NCBI RefSeq assembly: GCF_003697345.1
Contig: NZ_RFLY01000010.1
Coordinates: 40,070 to 104,069, forward strand
From: Solilutibacter pythonis
GTDB lineage: Bacteria; Pseudomonadota; Gammaproteobacteria; Xanthomonadales; Xanthomonadaceae
Reading direction: 5' to 3'
Length of the DNA: 64,000 nucleotides
Part shown: piece by piece, positions 22,236 to 36,000 of the stretch
Layout: each line of letters begins with the position of its first letter
How positions within the stretch are numbered: position 1 is the first letter of the stretch
Position numbers and translations under genes: made by a program
The notes under the pieces: model-generated
What the model was told of the DNA's origin: nothing
What the model saw: only the letters and a program-made list of their open reading frames with translations
Databases searched by the model: none

Positions 22236-22690
22236 GCCAGACCGTGCAACTGCCGCTGGACGTGGAAGCCATCCGCCAACTGCTGCCGCACCGCTATCCG
22301 TTCCTGCTGGTCGACCGCGTGGTCGAACTGGACCCCGGCCAGCGCCTGCGCGCCTGGAAGAACGTCAGCGTCAACGAGCCGTTCTTCAACGGCCACTTTC
22401 CCGGCCATGCGGTGATGCCGGGCGTGCTGGTGATCGAGGCGATGGCGCAAGCCGGCGGCCTGTTGAGCCACCTCTCGCGCGGCACCCCCGAGGCGGCCGG
22501 CAAGCTCTCGTATCTGGTCAAGGTCGATGGCGCCAAGTTCAGCCGCATGGTCGTGCCCGGCGACCGCCTGGAAATGGACGTGTCGATCAAGCGCGAGATT
22601 CGCAACATGACGCTCTACGCCGGCACCGCCTGGGTAGACGGCCAGCAGGTGGCCTGCGCGGAGATCCTCTGCGCCGAGGTGGATGGCTGA
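22232..22690 (+). CDS. fabZ: 3-hydroxyacyl-ACP dehydratase FabZ
   Basis: …[17 protein letters not shown]…[16 protein letters not shown]… is the canonical FabZ sequence. The ATG overlaps the lpxD stop. Confidence 0.95.
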   Translation: MSQTVQLPLDVEAIRQLLPHRYPFLLVDRVVELDPGQRLRAWKNVSVNEPFFNGHFPGHAVMPGVLVIEAMAQAGGLLSHLSRGTPEAAGKLSYLVKVDGAKFSRMVVPGDRLEMDVSIKREIRNMTLYAGTAWVDGQQVACAEILCAEVDG

Positions 22691-23471
22691 AGTGGCCCAC
22701 GTCCATCCCAGCGCCGTGGTCGATCCCGCCGCACGGCTGGCGGAGGATGTCGAAGTCGGCGCTTTCACTTTCATCGGCGCGGAAGTCGAGATCGGCGCCG
22801 GCACGGTCATCGGCCCGCATTGCGGCATCCACGGCCCCACCCGCATCGGCGCGCGCAACCGCATCCACGGCCATGCCGCCATCGGCGGCGACCCGCAGGA
22901 CAAGAAATACTCCGGCGAGCGCGTCACCCTCGACATCGGCGACGACAACACCATCCGCGAATTCGTCACCATCAACCGCGGCACCGGCGATGGCGGCGGC
23001 ATCACCCGCATCGGCCACGACAACTGGCTGCTGGCCTACGTGCACGTGGCGCACGACTGCATCGTCGGCAACCACTGCGTGTTTTCCAACAACGCCACGC
23101 TCGCCGGCCACGTCACGGTGGAAGACCAGGTGATCCTGTCCGGCTTCGCCGGCATCCACCAGTTCTGCCGGATCGGCGCGCACGCCTTCATCGGCATGGG
23201 CGCCTTCGTCAATGGCGACGTGCCGCCCTATCTGATGGTGGCGCAGGACAAATACGCGCGCCCGCGCGGCATCAACGCCGAGGGCCTGAAGCGCCGGGGC
23301 TTCGACGCCAGCCGCATCGCCGCGATCAAGCGCGCCTACCGCGCGCTGTACATGGGCGACGCCAAGCTCGATGAAGCCAAGGCCGAAATCGCCGAGATCG
23401 CCGCCGGCAGCGACGACGTACGCGCCCTCCTCGACTTCATCGAGGCCGGCGAACGCCCGCTGCTGCGATGA
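22683..23471 (+). CDS. lpxA: acyl-ACP--UDP-GlcNAc O-acyltransferase
   Basis: Hexapeptide-repeat protein in the canonical lpxD-fabZ-lpxA-lpxB context. It overlaps fabZ by 8 nt. Confidence 0.95.
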   Translation: MAEVAHVHPSAVVDPAARLAEDVEVGAFTFIGAEVEIGAGTVIGPHCGIHGPTRIGARNRIHGHAAIGGDPQDKKYSGERVTLDIGDDNTIREFVTINRGTGDGGGITRIGHDNWLLAYVHVAHDCIVGNHCVFSNNATLAGHVTVEDQVILSGFAGIHQFCRIGAHAFIGMGAFVNGDVPPYLMVAQDKYARPRGINAEGLKRRGFDASRIAAIKRAYRALYMGDAKLDEAKAEIAEIAAGSDDVRALLDFIEAGERPLLR

Positions 23472-24631
23472 CCCCGCGCCGGCCCCGGATCGCCCTGTGC
23501 GCCGGCGAAGCCTCCGGCGACCTGCTCGGCGCGGGGCTCATCGAACAACTGCGGGCGCGCTTCCCCGACGCGGAGTTCGCCGGCATCGGTGGGCCCGGGA
23601 TGCGCGCCGCCGGTCTCGACGCCTGGCACGACGCGCGGGAACTGGCGGTGATGGGCCTGGCCGAGGTGCTGGCGCACTTGCCGCGCCTTTTGAAACTGCG
23701 CACGGACTTCCGGCGACGCGCGCTGAACTGGCAACCGGACGTGTTCATCGGCATCGATGCGCCGGATTTCAATCTCGGCGTGGAGAAATGGCTGAAGCGG
23801 CGCGGCATCCGCACCGTGCATTACGTCAGCCCCAGCGTCTGGGCCTGGCGCGAATCGCGCGCGGCGAAGATCGGCCAATCCGCCGACCGCGTGCTTTGCC
23901 TGTTTCCCATGGAGCCGCCGATCTACGCCGGCTACGGTGTCGATGCGGTCTTCGTCGGCCACCCGATGGCCGATGCGATCGCATTGCGGCCCGACCGCAC
24001 CGCCGCGCGCCAAGCGCTTGGCCTCCCCGACACGGCGTCGGTGCTGGCCGTCCTGCCCGGCTCGCGTCAGGGCGAGATCGAACGGATGCTGCCGGCCTTT
24101 CTCGACGCCGCGCGGCAGGTGCGCGAACGCATCCCCTCACTGCGCCTGCTGGTGCCCGCCGCCAACCCCGAGGCGCGCGAACGGATCGAAACGATGCTGG
24201 CCGGGCAATCCTTCCCCGCCGATGCCATCCGCCTGCTCGACGGCCGGGCGCAGACGGCGATGATCGCCGCCGACGGCGTGCTGCTCGCTTCCGGCACCGC
24301 CGCGCTCGAAGCCATGCTATGCAAGCGGCCGATGGTCGTCGGCCATCGCGTCTCGGCGCTGACGCATCGCATCGTCAAGACCTTCGGCCTGCTGAAGTCC
24401 GCCCACGTCAGCCTGCCGAACGTCCTGGCCGGTGAAGCGCTGGTACCAGAACTGTTGCAAGACGAATGCACCCCCGGGAATCTCGCCAGCGCCGTACTGC
24501 ATGGGTTCGAGAACGCCGCCGCCCGCCAGGCGTTGATCCCGCGCTTCGAAGCGATCCACCGCCAACTGCGCCAGGATGCCTCGCGCCGCGCCGCCGATGC
24601 CGTGGCGGAGCTGCTCGCGCCCCGGCCCTGA
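23468..24631 (+). CDS. lpxB: lipid-A-disaccharide synthase
   Basis: [24 protein letters not shown]… is the LpxB N-terminus. The ATG overlaps the lpxA stop. Confidence 0.95.
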   Translation: MTPRRPRIALCAGEASGDLLGAGLIEQLRARFPDAEFAGIGGPGMRAAGLDAWHDARELAVMGLAEVLAHLPRLLKLRTDFRRRALNWQPDVFIGIDAPDFNLGVEKWLKRRGIRTVHYVSPSVWAWRESRAAKIGQSADRVLCLFPMEPPIYAGYGVDAVFVGHPMADAIALRPDRTAARQALGLPDTASVLAVLPGSRQGEIERMLPAFLDAARQVRERIPSLRLLVPAANPEARERIETMLAGQSFPADAIRLLDGRAQTAMIAADGVLLASGTAALEAMLCKRPMVVGHRVSALTHRIVKTFGLLKSAHVSLPNVLAGEALVPELLQDECTPGNLASAVLHGFENAAARQALIPRFEAIHRQLRQDASRRAADAVAELLAPRP

Positions 24632-24715
24632 CCGCCATCGCGGGCGGCGCTTCTCCCCTCGCGCATCCGGCCCGGGCAAGGCCGCGGTTGCCAGCGCCCC
24701 TGGCAGGATGAAACG

Positions 24716-25366
24716 ATGGCCACCCATGTTCGCCGCCCCCATTCCTCAATGCTGACCAAGGCCGACGACCTGTTCGCCAACGCCGCGCGAAGCGGCCTGG
24801 TCGCCGGCGTGGACGAAGCCGGGCGCGGCCCGCTGGCCGGGCCGGTGGCGGTGGCGGCGGTGATCCTCGACCCGATGCGCCCGATCGCCGGGCTTGACGA
24901 CTCCAAGAAACTGACCGAAGCCCGCCGCGAGGCGTTGGCGCCGCTGATCCGCGAGCGCGCGCTGGCGTGGCGCGTGGAATTCGTCGAAGCCGCCGAGATC
25001 GACGCCCTCAACATCCTGCAAGCCACCCTGACCGGCATGGCGCGCGCCCTGGCCGGGCTGTCGCCGGCGCCCGGCTTCGCCCGCATCGACGGCAACCGCT
25101 TGCCGGCCGAGCTGTGCTGCCCGGCCGAGGCGCTGATCGGCGGCGATGCCATCGACCCGGCGATCATGGCCGCCTCGATCCTGGCCAAGACCGCCCGCGA
25201 CGCCCGCCTGCGCGCACTCGACCTCGAATTTCCGCACTACGGCTTCGCCCGGCACAAAGGCTATCCCAGCCCCGCGCACCTGGCCGCGCTGCACGCGCAC
25301 GGCCCCTGCCCGGCGCATCGGCGCAACTTCGCGCCGGTACGTCGGGCACTGGAAAAACACCGCTGA
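24716..25366 (+). CDS. rnhB: ribonuclease HII
   Basis: …[25 protein letters not shown]… is the RNase HII active-site region. The start may be the internal Met at 24749. Confidence 0.88.
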   Translation: MATHVRRPHSSMLTKADDLFANAARSGLVAGVDEAGRGPLAGPVAVAAVILDPMRPIAGLDDSKKLTEARREALAPLIRERALAWRVEFVEAAEIDALNILQATLTGMARALAGLSPAPGFARIDGNRLPAELCCPAEALIGGDAIDPAIMAASILAKTARDARLRALDLEFPHYGFARHKGYPSPAHLAALHAHGPCPAHRRNFAPVRRALEKHR

Positions 25367-25446
25367 GCCGCAAGTCAAGCCTTGCCCCCACCGCTCCCCA
25401 TCCCTACCCTGACGCCCTGTCCCGCGCACCGCGCCCACGGGAACGC

Positions 25447-28983
<3,537 letters not shown>

Positions 28984-29010
28984 CCCGCCCCGGATGCCGC
29001 CCACCCACGC

Positions 29011-29039
29011 TTGACACCCTTTCATGTAAGCCATAACTT
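29011..29039 (+). promoter_or_regulatory. candidate sigma70-type promoter of the seven-gene operon
   Basis: TTGACA (29011-29016), a 17-nt spacer, then TAACTT (29034-29039), ending 7 nt before the ATG at 29047. The ORF track's TTG 'start' at 29011 is more plausibly this -35 element. Confidence 0.35.
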
Positions 29040-29046
29040 CGCTTAC

Positions 29047-29688
29047 ATGAAAGCCTCCCGGACCCCCAGCCCCTCCACCCTGCACCAGCGCGCCTACCGC
29101 GAGCGGATGCGCCAGGCCGGGCTGGTGAAGAAGGATGTCTGGATCCGCCCGGAATACGCCGGGGAACTCACGGCCATCGAAAAACGCATGCGCGAATCCG
29201 GCCCCGAGACCGCCGCGCCCGGCCCGTGGACGGACGACGGCAACCGCTGGAGCCTTTCATCGATCCACCATGCCCTCGGCCAGACCAGCGCCGCCGGCGA
29301 TGGCCTGATCGGGCTGGAATGGGTCGCGGGCCTCGACCCCGGCCTGCATCTCACCCTGCACGAATACGGCGGCCTGTCGATGTTCATCGCCATCGGCGGC
29401 GAACAAGTGATCGCCGAATGCTGGCTGTGGCCGCTCTCGGCGGTGGCCGATCCGGCCGCCTTCAATGCCCACGTCCTGGCCACCCACAAACTACTGCCAC
29501 TATCGGCCGTCGGCATCGAGACCGTCGGAGGCGTGGCCGGCTACACCATGTTCGGCGCACTGGACGTGCGTTCCAGCCTGGCCAGCCTGATGTTCGAAAT
29601 CGAAGCGCTGGCCGGCAACGTGATCGAGGCGAGCGAAGCCTGGCTCGGCTACCTGAAACCCGAACATGCCGCCGGGGACGCATCGTGA
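29047..29688 (+). CDS. hypothetical cytoplasmic protein, YjfI-like (DUF2170-like core with an N-terminal DUF3018-like basic segment)
   Basis: 213 aa. The N-terminus …STLHQRAYRERMRQAGLVKKDVWIRPEYAGEL… resembles the short DUF3018 ribbon-like motif. The C-terminal ~130 aa (…LEWVAGLDPGLHLTLHEYGGLSMFIAIGGEQVIAECWLWPLSAV…) is followed by a PspA-like gene, as in E. coli yjfI-yjfJ. Family calls are from memory. Confidence 0.5.
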   Translation: MKASRTPSPSTLHQRAYRERMRQAGLVKKDVWIRPEYAGELTAIEKRMRESGPETAAPGPWTDDGNRWSLSSIHHALGQTSAAGDGLIGLEWVAGLDPGLHLTLHEYGGLSMFIAIGGEQVIAECWLWPLSAVADPAAFNAHVLATHKLLPLSAVGIETVGGVAGYTMFGALDVRSSLASLMFEIEALAGNVIEASEAWLGYLKPEHAAGDAS

Positions 29689-30359
29689 GCCCGCTGCGCG
29701 AGTTGTTCGAACGCTTGCAGGCCGAAGTCGACCAGATCGAGAAAACCCTGCGCGGCCAGGCCGCCGAACGCATGCTGGACGAGGAAATCCGCGAAATCGA
29801 CACAGCCCTGCGCGACTGGCGAAACGAAGCCGCGGCCACCAAGGCGCGCATCCTCACCACCGCCGAACGCGAGAAATCGCTATCGGCCGAGATCCGCGTG
29901 CTGGAGAGCGAGGCGATCGCCGCACTGCAAGCGCGACGCAAGCGCGACGCCACCGAAATCGCCGGCGACATCGCCCGGCGCGAAGCCGCCCGCGACGACG
30001 AGCGGCAGGCGCTCAGGCAACTGCGCCAGCACCAGCGCGCCATGCTGCGCGTCATCGAACAGGGCGAACACAAGCAGCGCCGGCTGAAACATCAATTCGA
30101 TACCCTGCGCGCCAGCGAAATCCTGCAACGCGCGCAAGCTGCGGTGGCGCGCCGCCAGCCCGGTGACGCGCCGCACCCGGAAAGCGCGGTAGCCTCGGTC
30201 AAACGCGCCCGCGCGGCCAAGCAAGAGGGGACGAAAACGCCACGCAAGCCCGCCACGACACACACCAGCGCCGCCGACGCCGTGCTGGCGCGCCTACGCG
30301 CCCGCGCCGACGCCGCCCCCGCAAGCCCCGCCCGCAAGCCCACCGGGAAACACCCATGA
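29685..30359 (+). CDS. PspA/IM30-family-like coiled-coil protein (YjfJ-like)
   Basis: 224-aa entirely helical, charged-heptad sequence (…LRELFERLQAEVDQIEKTLRGQAAERMLDEEIREIDTALRDW…). GTG start overlaps the upstream stop (GTGA). The C-terminal tail is low-complexity and Ala/Pro/Lys-rich. Confidence 0.5.
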   Translation: MSPLRELFERLQAEVDQIEKTLRGQAAERMLDEEIREIDTALRDWRNEAAATKARILTTAEREKSLSAEIRVLESEAIAALQARRKRDATEIAGDIARREAARDDERQALRQLRQHQRAMLRVIEQGEHKQRRLKHQFDTLRASEILQRAQAAVARRQPGDAPHPESAVASVKRARAAKQEGTKTPRKPATTHTSAADAVLARLRARADAAPASPARKPTGKHP

Positions 30360-30970
30360 ACGCCTTTCTACAAACCACGCTGACCTTCCCCACCGTGCTG
30401 TGGAGCGTGCTGTTCGCGTTCTGCGCGATCTACTGGCTGCTGGCCGCCTTCGGCATCCTCGACCTGGATTTCGGCGATGCCGAACCGCCCGATTCCACCG
30501 CCGCCACCGGCGTGCTGGCGCGCTTCGGGCTGGGCGGCGTGCCGCTGATGGTGGCACTGGCGCTGGTGACGTTCTTCGGCTGGATCATCAGTTACTTCGT
30601 GCAACTGCTGCTGCTCGGCCAGTTGTCCGGCGCGCTGCGGCTGGCCGGCGGCATCGTCACCGCCGTACTGGCCCTGGCCCCGGCGGTACTGGCAAGCTCG
30701 CTACTGCTGCGCCCGCTGCGAAAATTCATCGCCCGGCTGCGTCCCGCCGTCCCGCCCTCGCTGCTTGGCCGCGTCGGCACCGTCACCACCCCGCGAGTGG
30801 ACGAAAAAGACGGCATGGCCAAGTTCGACGACGGCGGCGCCGGCCTGCGCCTGCAAGTACGCGCCAGGGCGCCCGACACGTTCAAGCGCGGAGACCGCGT
30901 GGTGCTGCTGGAATACCGCGACGCCGACAACACCTGGCGGGTGATTTCCGAGGCCCGCTTCAACCGCTGA
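30356..30970 (+). CDS. NfeD/YqiJ-like inner membrane protein (TM region plus C-terminal OB-fold)
   Basis: 204 aa with 3-4 TM helices followed by …GRVGTVTTPRVDEKDGMAKFDDGGAGLRLQVRAR…GDRVVLLEYRDADNTWRV…, an NfeD-type beta-barrel. ATG overlaps the upstream stop. It sits directly upstream of a flotillin gene, like E. coli yqiJ-yqiK. Confidence 0.6.
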   Translation: MNAFLQTTLTFPTVLWSVLFAFCAIYWLLAAFGILDLDFGDAEPPDSTAATGVLARFGLGGVPLMVALALVTFFGWIISYFVQLLLLGQLSGALRLAGGIVTAVLALAPAVLASSLLLRPLRKFIARLRPAVPPSLLGRVGTVTTPRVDEKDGMAKFDDGGAGLRLQVRARAPDTFKRGDRVVLLEYRDADNTWRVISEARFNR

Positions 30971-31028
30971 CCGATTCGTTCCTCCCCCTCACCGGATGCC
31001 CCGCATCCGCCTTCAAGGAGTTGTGCAA

Positions 31029-32972
31029 ATGACACTGGAAATGATCCTTCCGTTCCTGGTCGGGCTTGGCGTCCTGATCATCCTGATATTCGGCCTGATC
31101 GTCATCTTCAAGGCGTTCTATCTCAAGGTCGAGCAAGGCACCGCGCTGATCGTCAACGACATGAGCGCCAAGCCCAAGGTGCATTTCACCGGCGCGCTGA
31201 TCATCCCGGTGCTCTACAAGGCCGAAGTGATGCGGATCAGCCTCATCACCCTCCAGGTCGACCGCCGCGGCAAGGAGGGCCTGATCTGCCGCGACAACAT
31301 GCGCGCCGATATCACCGTGGCCTATTACCTGCGCGTCAACGAAACCACCGAGGACGTGCTGAAGGTGGCCAAGGCCGTCGGCGTCGACCGCGCCTCCGAC
31401 CGCCATGCGGTGGACGAACTCTTCAACGCCAAGTTCTCCGAAGCGCTGAAAACCGTCGGCAAGAAGTTCGAGTTCATCGAACTGTTCGAGAAACGCGACG
31501 AATTCCGCGACGAGATCGTCAAGGTCATCGGCAAGGACCTGAACGGCTACGTGCTGGAGGATGTCGCCATCGACTACCTGGAACAGACGCCGAAGAACCT
31601 GCTCGACCCGAGCAACATCCTCGATGCCGAAGGCATCCGCAAGATCACCGAGCTGACCGCGACGCAGAACATCATCACCAACGAACTGGCGCAGAACGAA
31701 CGCCTGGCGATCACCAAGAAGAACGTCGAGACCCGCGAAGCCACCCTGGCGCTGGAACGCCAGCAGGCCGAGGCCGAAGCACGCCAGAAACGCGAGATCG
31801 AAACCATCCAGGCCCGCGAGTCCGCCGAAACCGAGAAGGTCAAGGAAGAACAGCGGCTGTTGGCCGAACAGGCGCGACTCGAAGCCGAGGAGAAGATCCA
31901 GATCCGCGACCAGGAGCTGCAACGCCAGGTGGAAGTGGCCGAGCAGAACCGCCGCCGCGCGGTGGGTATCGAAGCCGAGCGCGTCACCCGCGCGACCAAA
32001 ATGGAAGCCGTCACCACCGACCGCGAAGTCAAGTTGCAGGAAGTCGAACGCGACAAGGCGGTCGAGCAGGGCGTGATGGACGTGGCCAACATCACCCGCG
32101 AGCGCATCGCCATCGACAAGACCGTGGCGATGGAGGAAGAGCGCATCAACGAAGTGCGCGAAGTCTCCGCCGCCGACCGCGCCAAACAAGTGCGCGTGCT
32201 GGAAGCCGAAGCCTCCGCGCAGGAAGCGCTGGTGCGCGAGATCAAGGCCGCCGAGGCCGGCGAAACCGCCGCCAAGCACCGCGCGGTGGAAATGACCACG
32301 CTGGCGCAGGCCGAATTCGACGCCGCCACCCGCCAGGCCGACGCCAAGAAAGCGCTGGCCGAGGGCGTCAAGGCCGAGCGGGCCGCGCCGGGCCTGGCCG
32401 AAGCATTGGTCAAGGAAGCCGGCGCCACCGCCATCGAGAAGGTCGGCGCGGCCGAGGCGCGTGTGATCGAGGCCAAGGCCGAGGCCCAATACAAGCAAGG
32501 CAACGCCGATGCCCGCGTGCTGGCCGAGCGCATGGCCGCCGAGGCCGAGGGCGCCTCGAAGATGGGCGATGCCCAGGCGCACGCCACCGCGCGCAAGATG
32601 GCGGCGGAGGCCGAAGGGCTGGTCGCCAAGTTCGAAGCGATGGGCAAGATGAGCGACGAGGCGCGCAGCCACGAGGAATACCGCATGGCGCTGCAAACCA
32701 GCCTGGAGCAGGCGCTGGCGCAGATCGAGGCCGGCAAGGAAATCTCGCGAGAGAACGCCGAGGTCATCGCCACCGCGCTGCGCAACGCGCGCATCGACCT
32801 GGTGGGTGGCGAGGGCGGCATGTTCGACTCGCTCTCGCGCGCCATCTCGCTGGGCAAGTCGGTGGAAGGCTTCGCCGCCAAAAGCCCGCTGGTGCAAGAG
32901 CTGATGCAGCGCTACCTCGGCGTCAGGCACGACGCCGAGTCCGCGCCGCTGGCGATGGCGCGGAAGGAATAA
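31029..32972 (+). CDS. flotillin / SPFH (band-7) family protein, YqiK-like, 647 aa
   Basis: N-terminal TM helix (MTLEMILPFLVGLGVLIILIFGLIVIF), an SPFH domain (…TALIVNDMSAKPKVHFTGALIIPVLYKAEVMRISL…), and a very long Ala/Glu/Arg-rich coiled-coil flotillin tail. Confidence 0.85.
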   Translation: MTLEMILPFLVGLGVLIILIFGLIVIFKAFYLKVEQGTALIVNDMSAKPKVHFTGALIIPVLYKAEVMRISLITLQVDRRGKEGLICRDNMRADITVAYYLRVNETTEDVLKVAKAVGVDRASDRHAVDELFNAKFSEALKTVGKKFEFIELFEKRDEFRDEIVKVIGKDLNGYVLEDVAIDYLEQTPKNLLDPSNILDAEGIRKITELTATQNIITNELAQNERLAITKKNVETREATLALERQQAEAEARQKREIETIQARESAETEKVKEEQRLLAEQARLEAEEKIQIRDQELQRQVEVAEQNRRRAVGIEAERVTRATKMEAVTTDREVKLQEVERDKAVEQGVMDVANITRERIAIDKTVAMEEERINEVREVSAADRAKQVRVLEAEASAQEALVREIKAAEAGETAAKHRAVEMTTLAQAEFDAATRQADAKKALAEGVKAERAAPGLAEALVKEAGATAIEKVGAAEARVIEAKAEAQYKQGNADARVLAERMAAEAEGASKMGDAQAHATARKMAAEAEGLVAKFEAMGKMSDEARSHEEYRMALQTSLEQALAQIEAGKEISRENAEVIATALRNARIDLVGGEGGMFDSLSRAISLGKSVEGFAAKSPLVQELMQRYLGVRHDAESAPLAMARKE

Positions 32973-33044
32973 ATCGCGCCCCCGGCCCGTCCCCCGCACG
33001 GTGGACGGGCCACCCATCCAAGCCAGCACACACAGGCCAAGCCG

Positions 33045-36000
33045 ATGACCGATTTCCCCGCCGAACACGCGCCAACCCCCACCGTCGATCAGGCCGTCGC
33101 CGAGGGCGGCGCCTACGAGGTGCTGAAAAAACGCCTCGAAACCCAGGGCGAACGCCTGCGGCAGACCGCGGAAACGCTCAACCAGGAGCGTCTGGCCGAG
33201 TTCGGTGACAGCCGCATGGCGCTAGCCGGGCGCTTCCGCATCCGCAGCGAGAACAACTGCGTGGGCCGCGACATCGTGCAGGTCGGCGACCTGCTGCTGT
33301 TCGGCTTCAACGTCTTCATCGGCCTCAAGACCGCCACCACGCTGCACGACGTTTTCGGCCTCTACCGGCTGGTGGACACCGACCAGGGCCACGACGTCGA
33401 ACCGGTGGATTTCGCCGGCACCTTCCTCTCCGAGCCGACCTTCGTCCGCGATTTCGACGAGTTGTACGCCTACTACAAACACGCCCGCCTGCTGCAACTG
33501 GTGGTGCGCGAAGGCAAGCTCCTGGCCGCCTTCCAGATCGGCGAGCGCAGCACCGACATGCGGGTGTTCCGCTGGTCGATCGCCGCCAGCGGCGAGGTGA
33601 GCTACATCGACGCGCGCGGCGAGCGCGACATCGCCCTGCCCGCGCCGTTCGATTTCGAGTGGCGGCGCGCCGGCCGCGAGATGGAGGTCAGCGGGCGCTT
33701 CCCGCACCTCAACATCCTCGACACGCTGTTCGTCGACACCACCGGCGGCGACCTCACCATCAAGATCGAGAACAACACCGAAACCGGCAAGGGCATCTTC
33801 GCCGAGCCGGTGGAGGACACCACCCAATCGATCGACGACGCCCGCATCGAGTTCGCCCACGTCGGCTCGCTGATCCTGCTGAAGGTGCTGCCATACCGCG
33901 AAAGCGAATGGCGCGGGCTGGTCTACAACACCCTGACCCGCAAGGTGACGCGCATCGACGCCATCGTGCAAGCCTGCGTACAGTTGCCCGAAGACCACGG
34001 CATCATCTTCCCCGGCGGCTCCTACCTGCAAAACGGCGAATACAAGGCGTTCGACGCCACCATGCGCGGCATGCAGTTCAAGCGCGCGATCCGCTCGCCC
34101 AACGGCGAGGACGTGCTCTATGTCTTCTACGAACGCGAAAGCGGACTGGCCGCGCTGTTCGTCTACAACCTGATCCAGCGCGGCCTGCAAAACCCGGTCT
34201 TCGCCCACGGCTACGCGCGGCTGCCCGATGGCCGCATGGTGCTGTTCCACGCCGAGAACAACGAGCCGACCCGCGTCCACCAGATGCAGCTCTGGCTGAC
34301 GCCCTTCGCCAGCGACGAATACGCCGCCGCCACGCCCCCCGGCAACAGCTTCATGGGCCGGCTCGGCAATGCCGAACTGGTGCGCGGCATCTCCAACCTC
34401 TACGACCTGGCCCGCGCCATCGATGCCCCCGAGGTCTCCGCCCAGCGCTACCTGCTGCTGACCGAACAGACCCGGCGGCTGTTCGACCAACACCACTGGA
34501 TCGACGACACTCACTGCCACGGCCTGTCCAGCCTGCTGCACGAGATCAGCGCGACCGGCGAATCGGTGCTGGACGAATTCGAGAAAGTCGAATCGATCCG
34601 CGCCCAGTCCGATGCGGCGATGAGCGAAGCGCACGCCGAACAGCGCCGGCTGCTGGGCCGCTTGCAGCCGGACTCGTGGAGCCGCGTCGAGGAATTCGTC
34701 GAAGCGCTGAATGCGATCACCACCCAGCGCGGCCACCTGCTCACCATCCGCGAATACCGCTACATCGATACCGCCGCCATCGACCGGATGGCCGGCGAAT
34801 TGCGCGAGGCGCATGCCCGCATCGGCACGGCCACCGGCGAATTCCTCGCCGGCGACAAAGCCCTGGCCCCGCTCAACGACCGCCTCCAGCAGCTCGACGC
34901 CGCCGCGCAAAAGGCCGACACCGCGCGCCTGCTCGGCGAGGAAGTGCAGGCGATGAACGCGATGTCCACCGATCTCAACATGCTCTCCGAGCTGATGGCG
35001 AGCCTCAAGGTGGATGACGCCAACCAACGCGCCCGCGTGGTAGAGGCGATCTCCGGCCTCTATGCCCGGCTCAACCAGGCCCGCGCGCGCGCCGAACAAA
35101 AACACCGCACGCTCGGCGCCAGCGAGGCGGTCGCGCAATTCGGCGCGCAATTCGCGCTGTTCGGCCAATCCATCGCCAGCGCGCTCGGCATGGCCAACTC
35201 CCCGGAACGCGCCGACGAACAGCTCTCGCGGCTCATGGTGCAGTTGGAGGAACTGGAAGGCCAGTTCGGCGAACACGAGCAGTTTCTCGGTGACATCCTC
35301 GCCAAGCGCGAGGAATTGCTGGAAACCTTCGAGACGCACAAACAGGCCCTGCTGGACGAACGCCAACGCAAGGCGCAATCGGTGCTGGACGCCGCCAACC
35401 GCATCCTCGACGGGCTGGCCAAACGCACCGAACGCTTCGACGCCCCGGACGCGCTCAACGCCTTTTTCGCCACCGACCCGCTGGTGCTGAAGCTGCGCGA
35501 GCTATCCGAGCGCCTGCGCGAATTAAAAGACCCGGTCAAGGCCGATGACGTTGAAGCCCGGCTCAAGTCCACCCGCGACCAAGCGGTACGCGTACTGCGC
35601 GACCGCAACGACCTGTTCGAGGACGGCGGCAACGTCATCCGCATGGGCCGCCACCGTTTCAACGTCAACCCCCAGCCGCTCGACCTCACCGTGCTGCCGC
35701 GCGGCGAGCACCTCGCCGTACACCTCACCGGCACCGATTACATGCAGCCGCTTGAGGACGATGCGCTCGACGCGCTCCGCCCGTTCTGGCACGTCACGCT
35801 GGATTCGGAATCGCCCGAGGTCTATCGCGGCGAATACCTGGCCGCCGAGATCATGGCGGCGGCCCGCGCGGGCCGCGATGGCCTGGATGACGAACGCCTG
35901 CTGCAAGCCGCCGCCGCCCCGGACGAACTCGCCGCCCTGGTGCGCGAATTCGCCGCGCCACGCTACCGGGAAGGCTACGAAAAGGGCATCCACGACCACG

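Noticed and set aside
30960-33068. 702-aa minus-strand ORF antisense to the flotillin gene
   Set aside because: It is antisense to the flotillin CDS, whose frame has clear SPFH features. The antisense frame is a Gly/Leu/Asp repeat artefact of the Ala/Glu-rich coiled-coil coding sequence.
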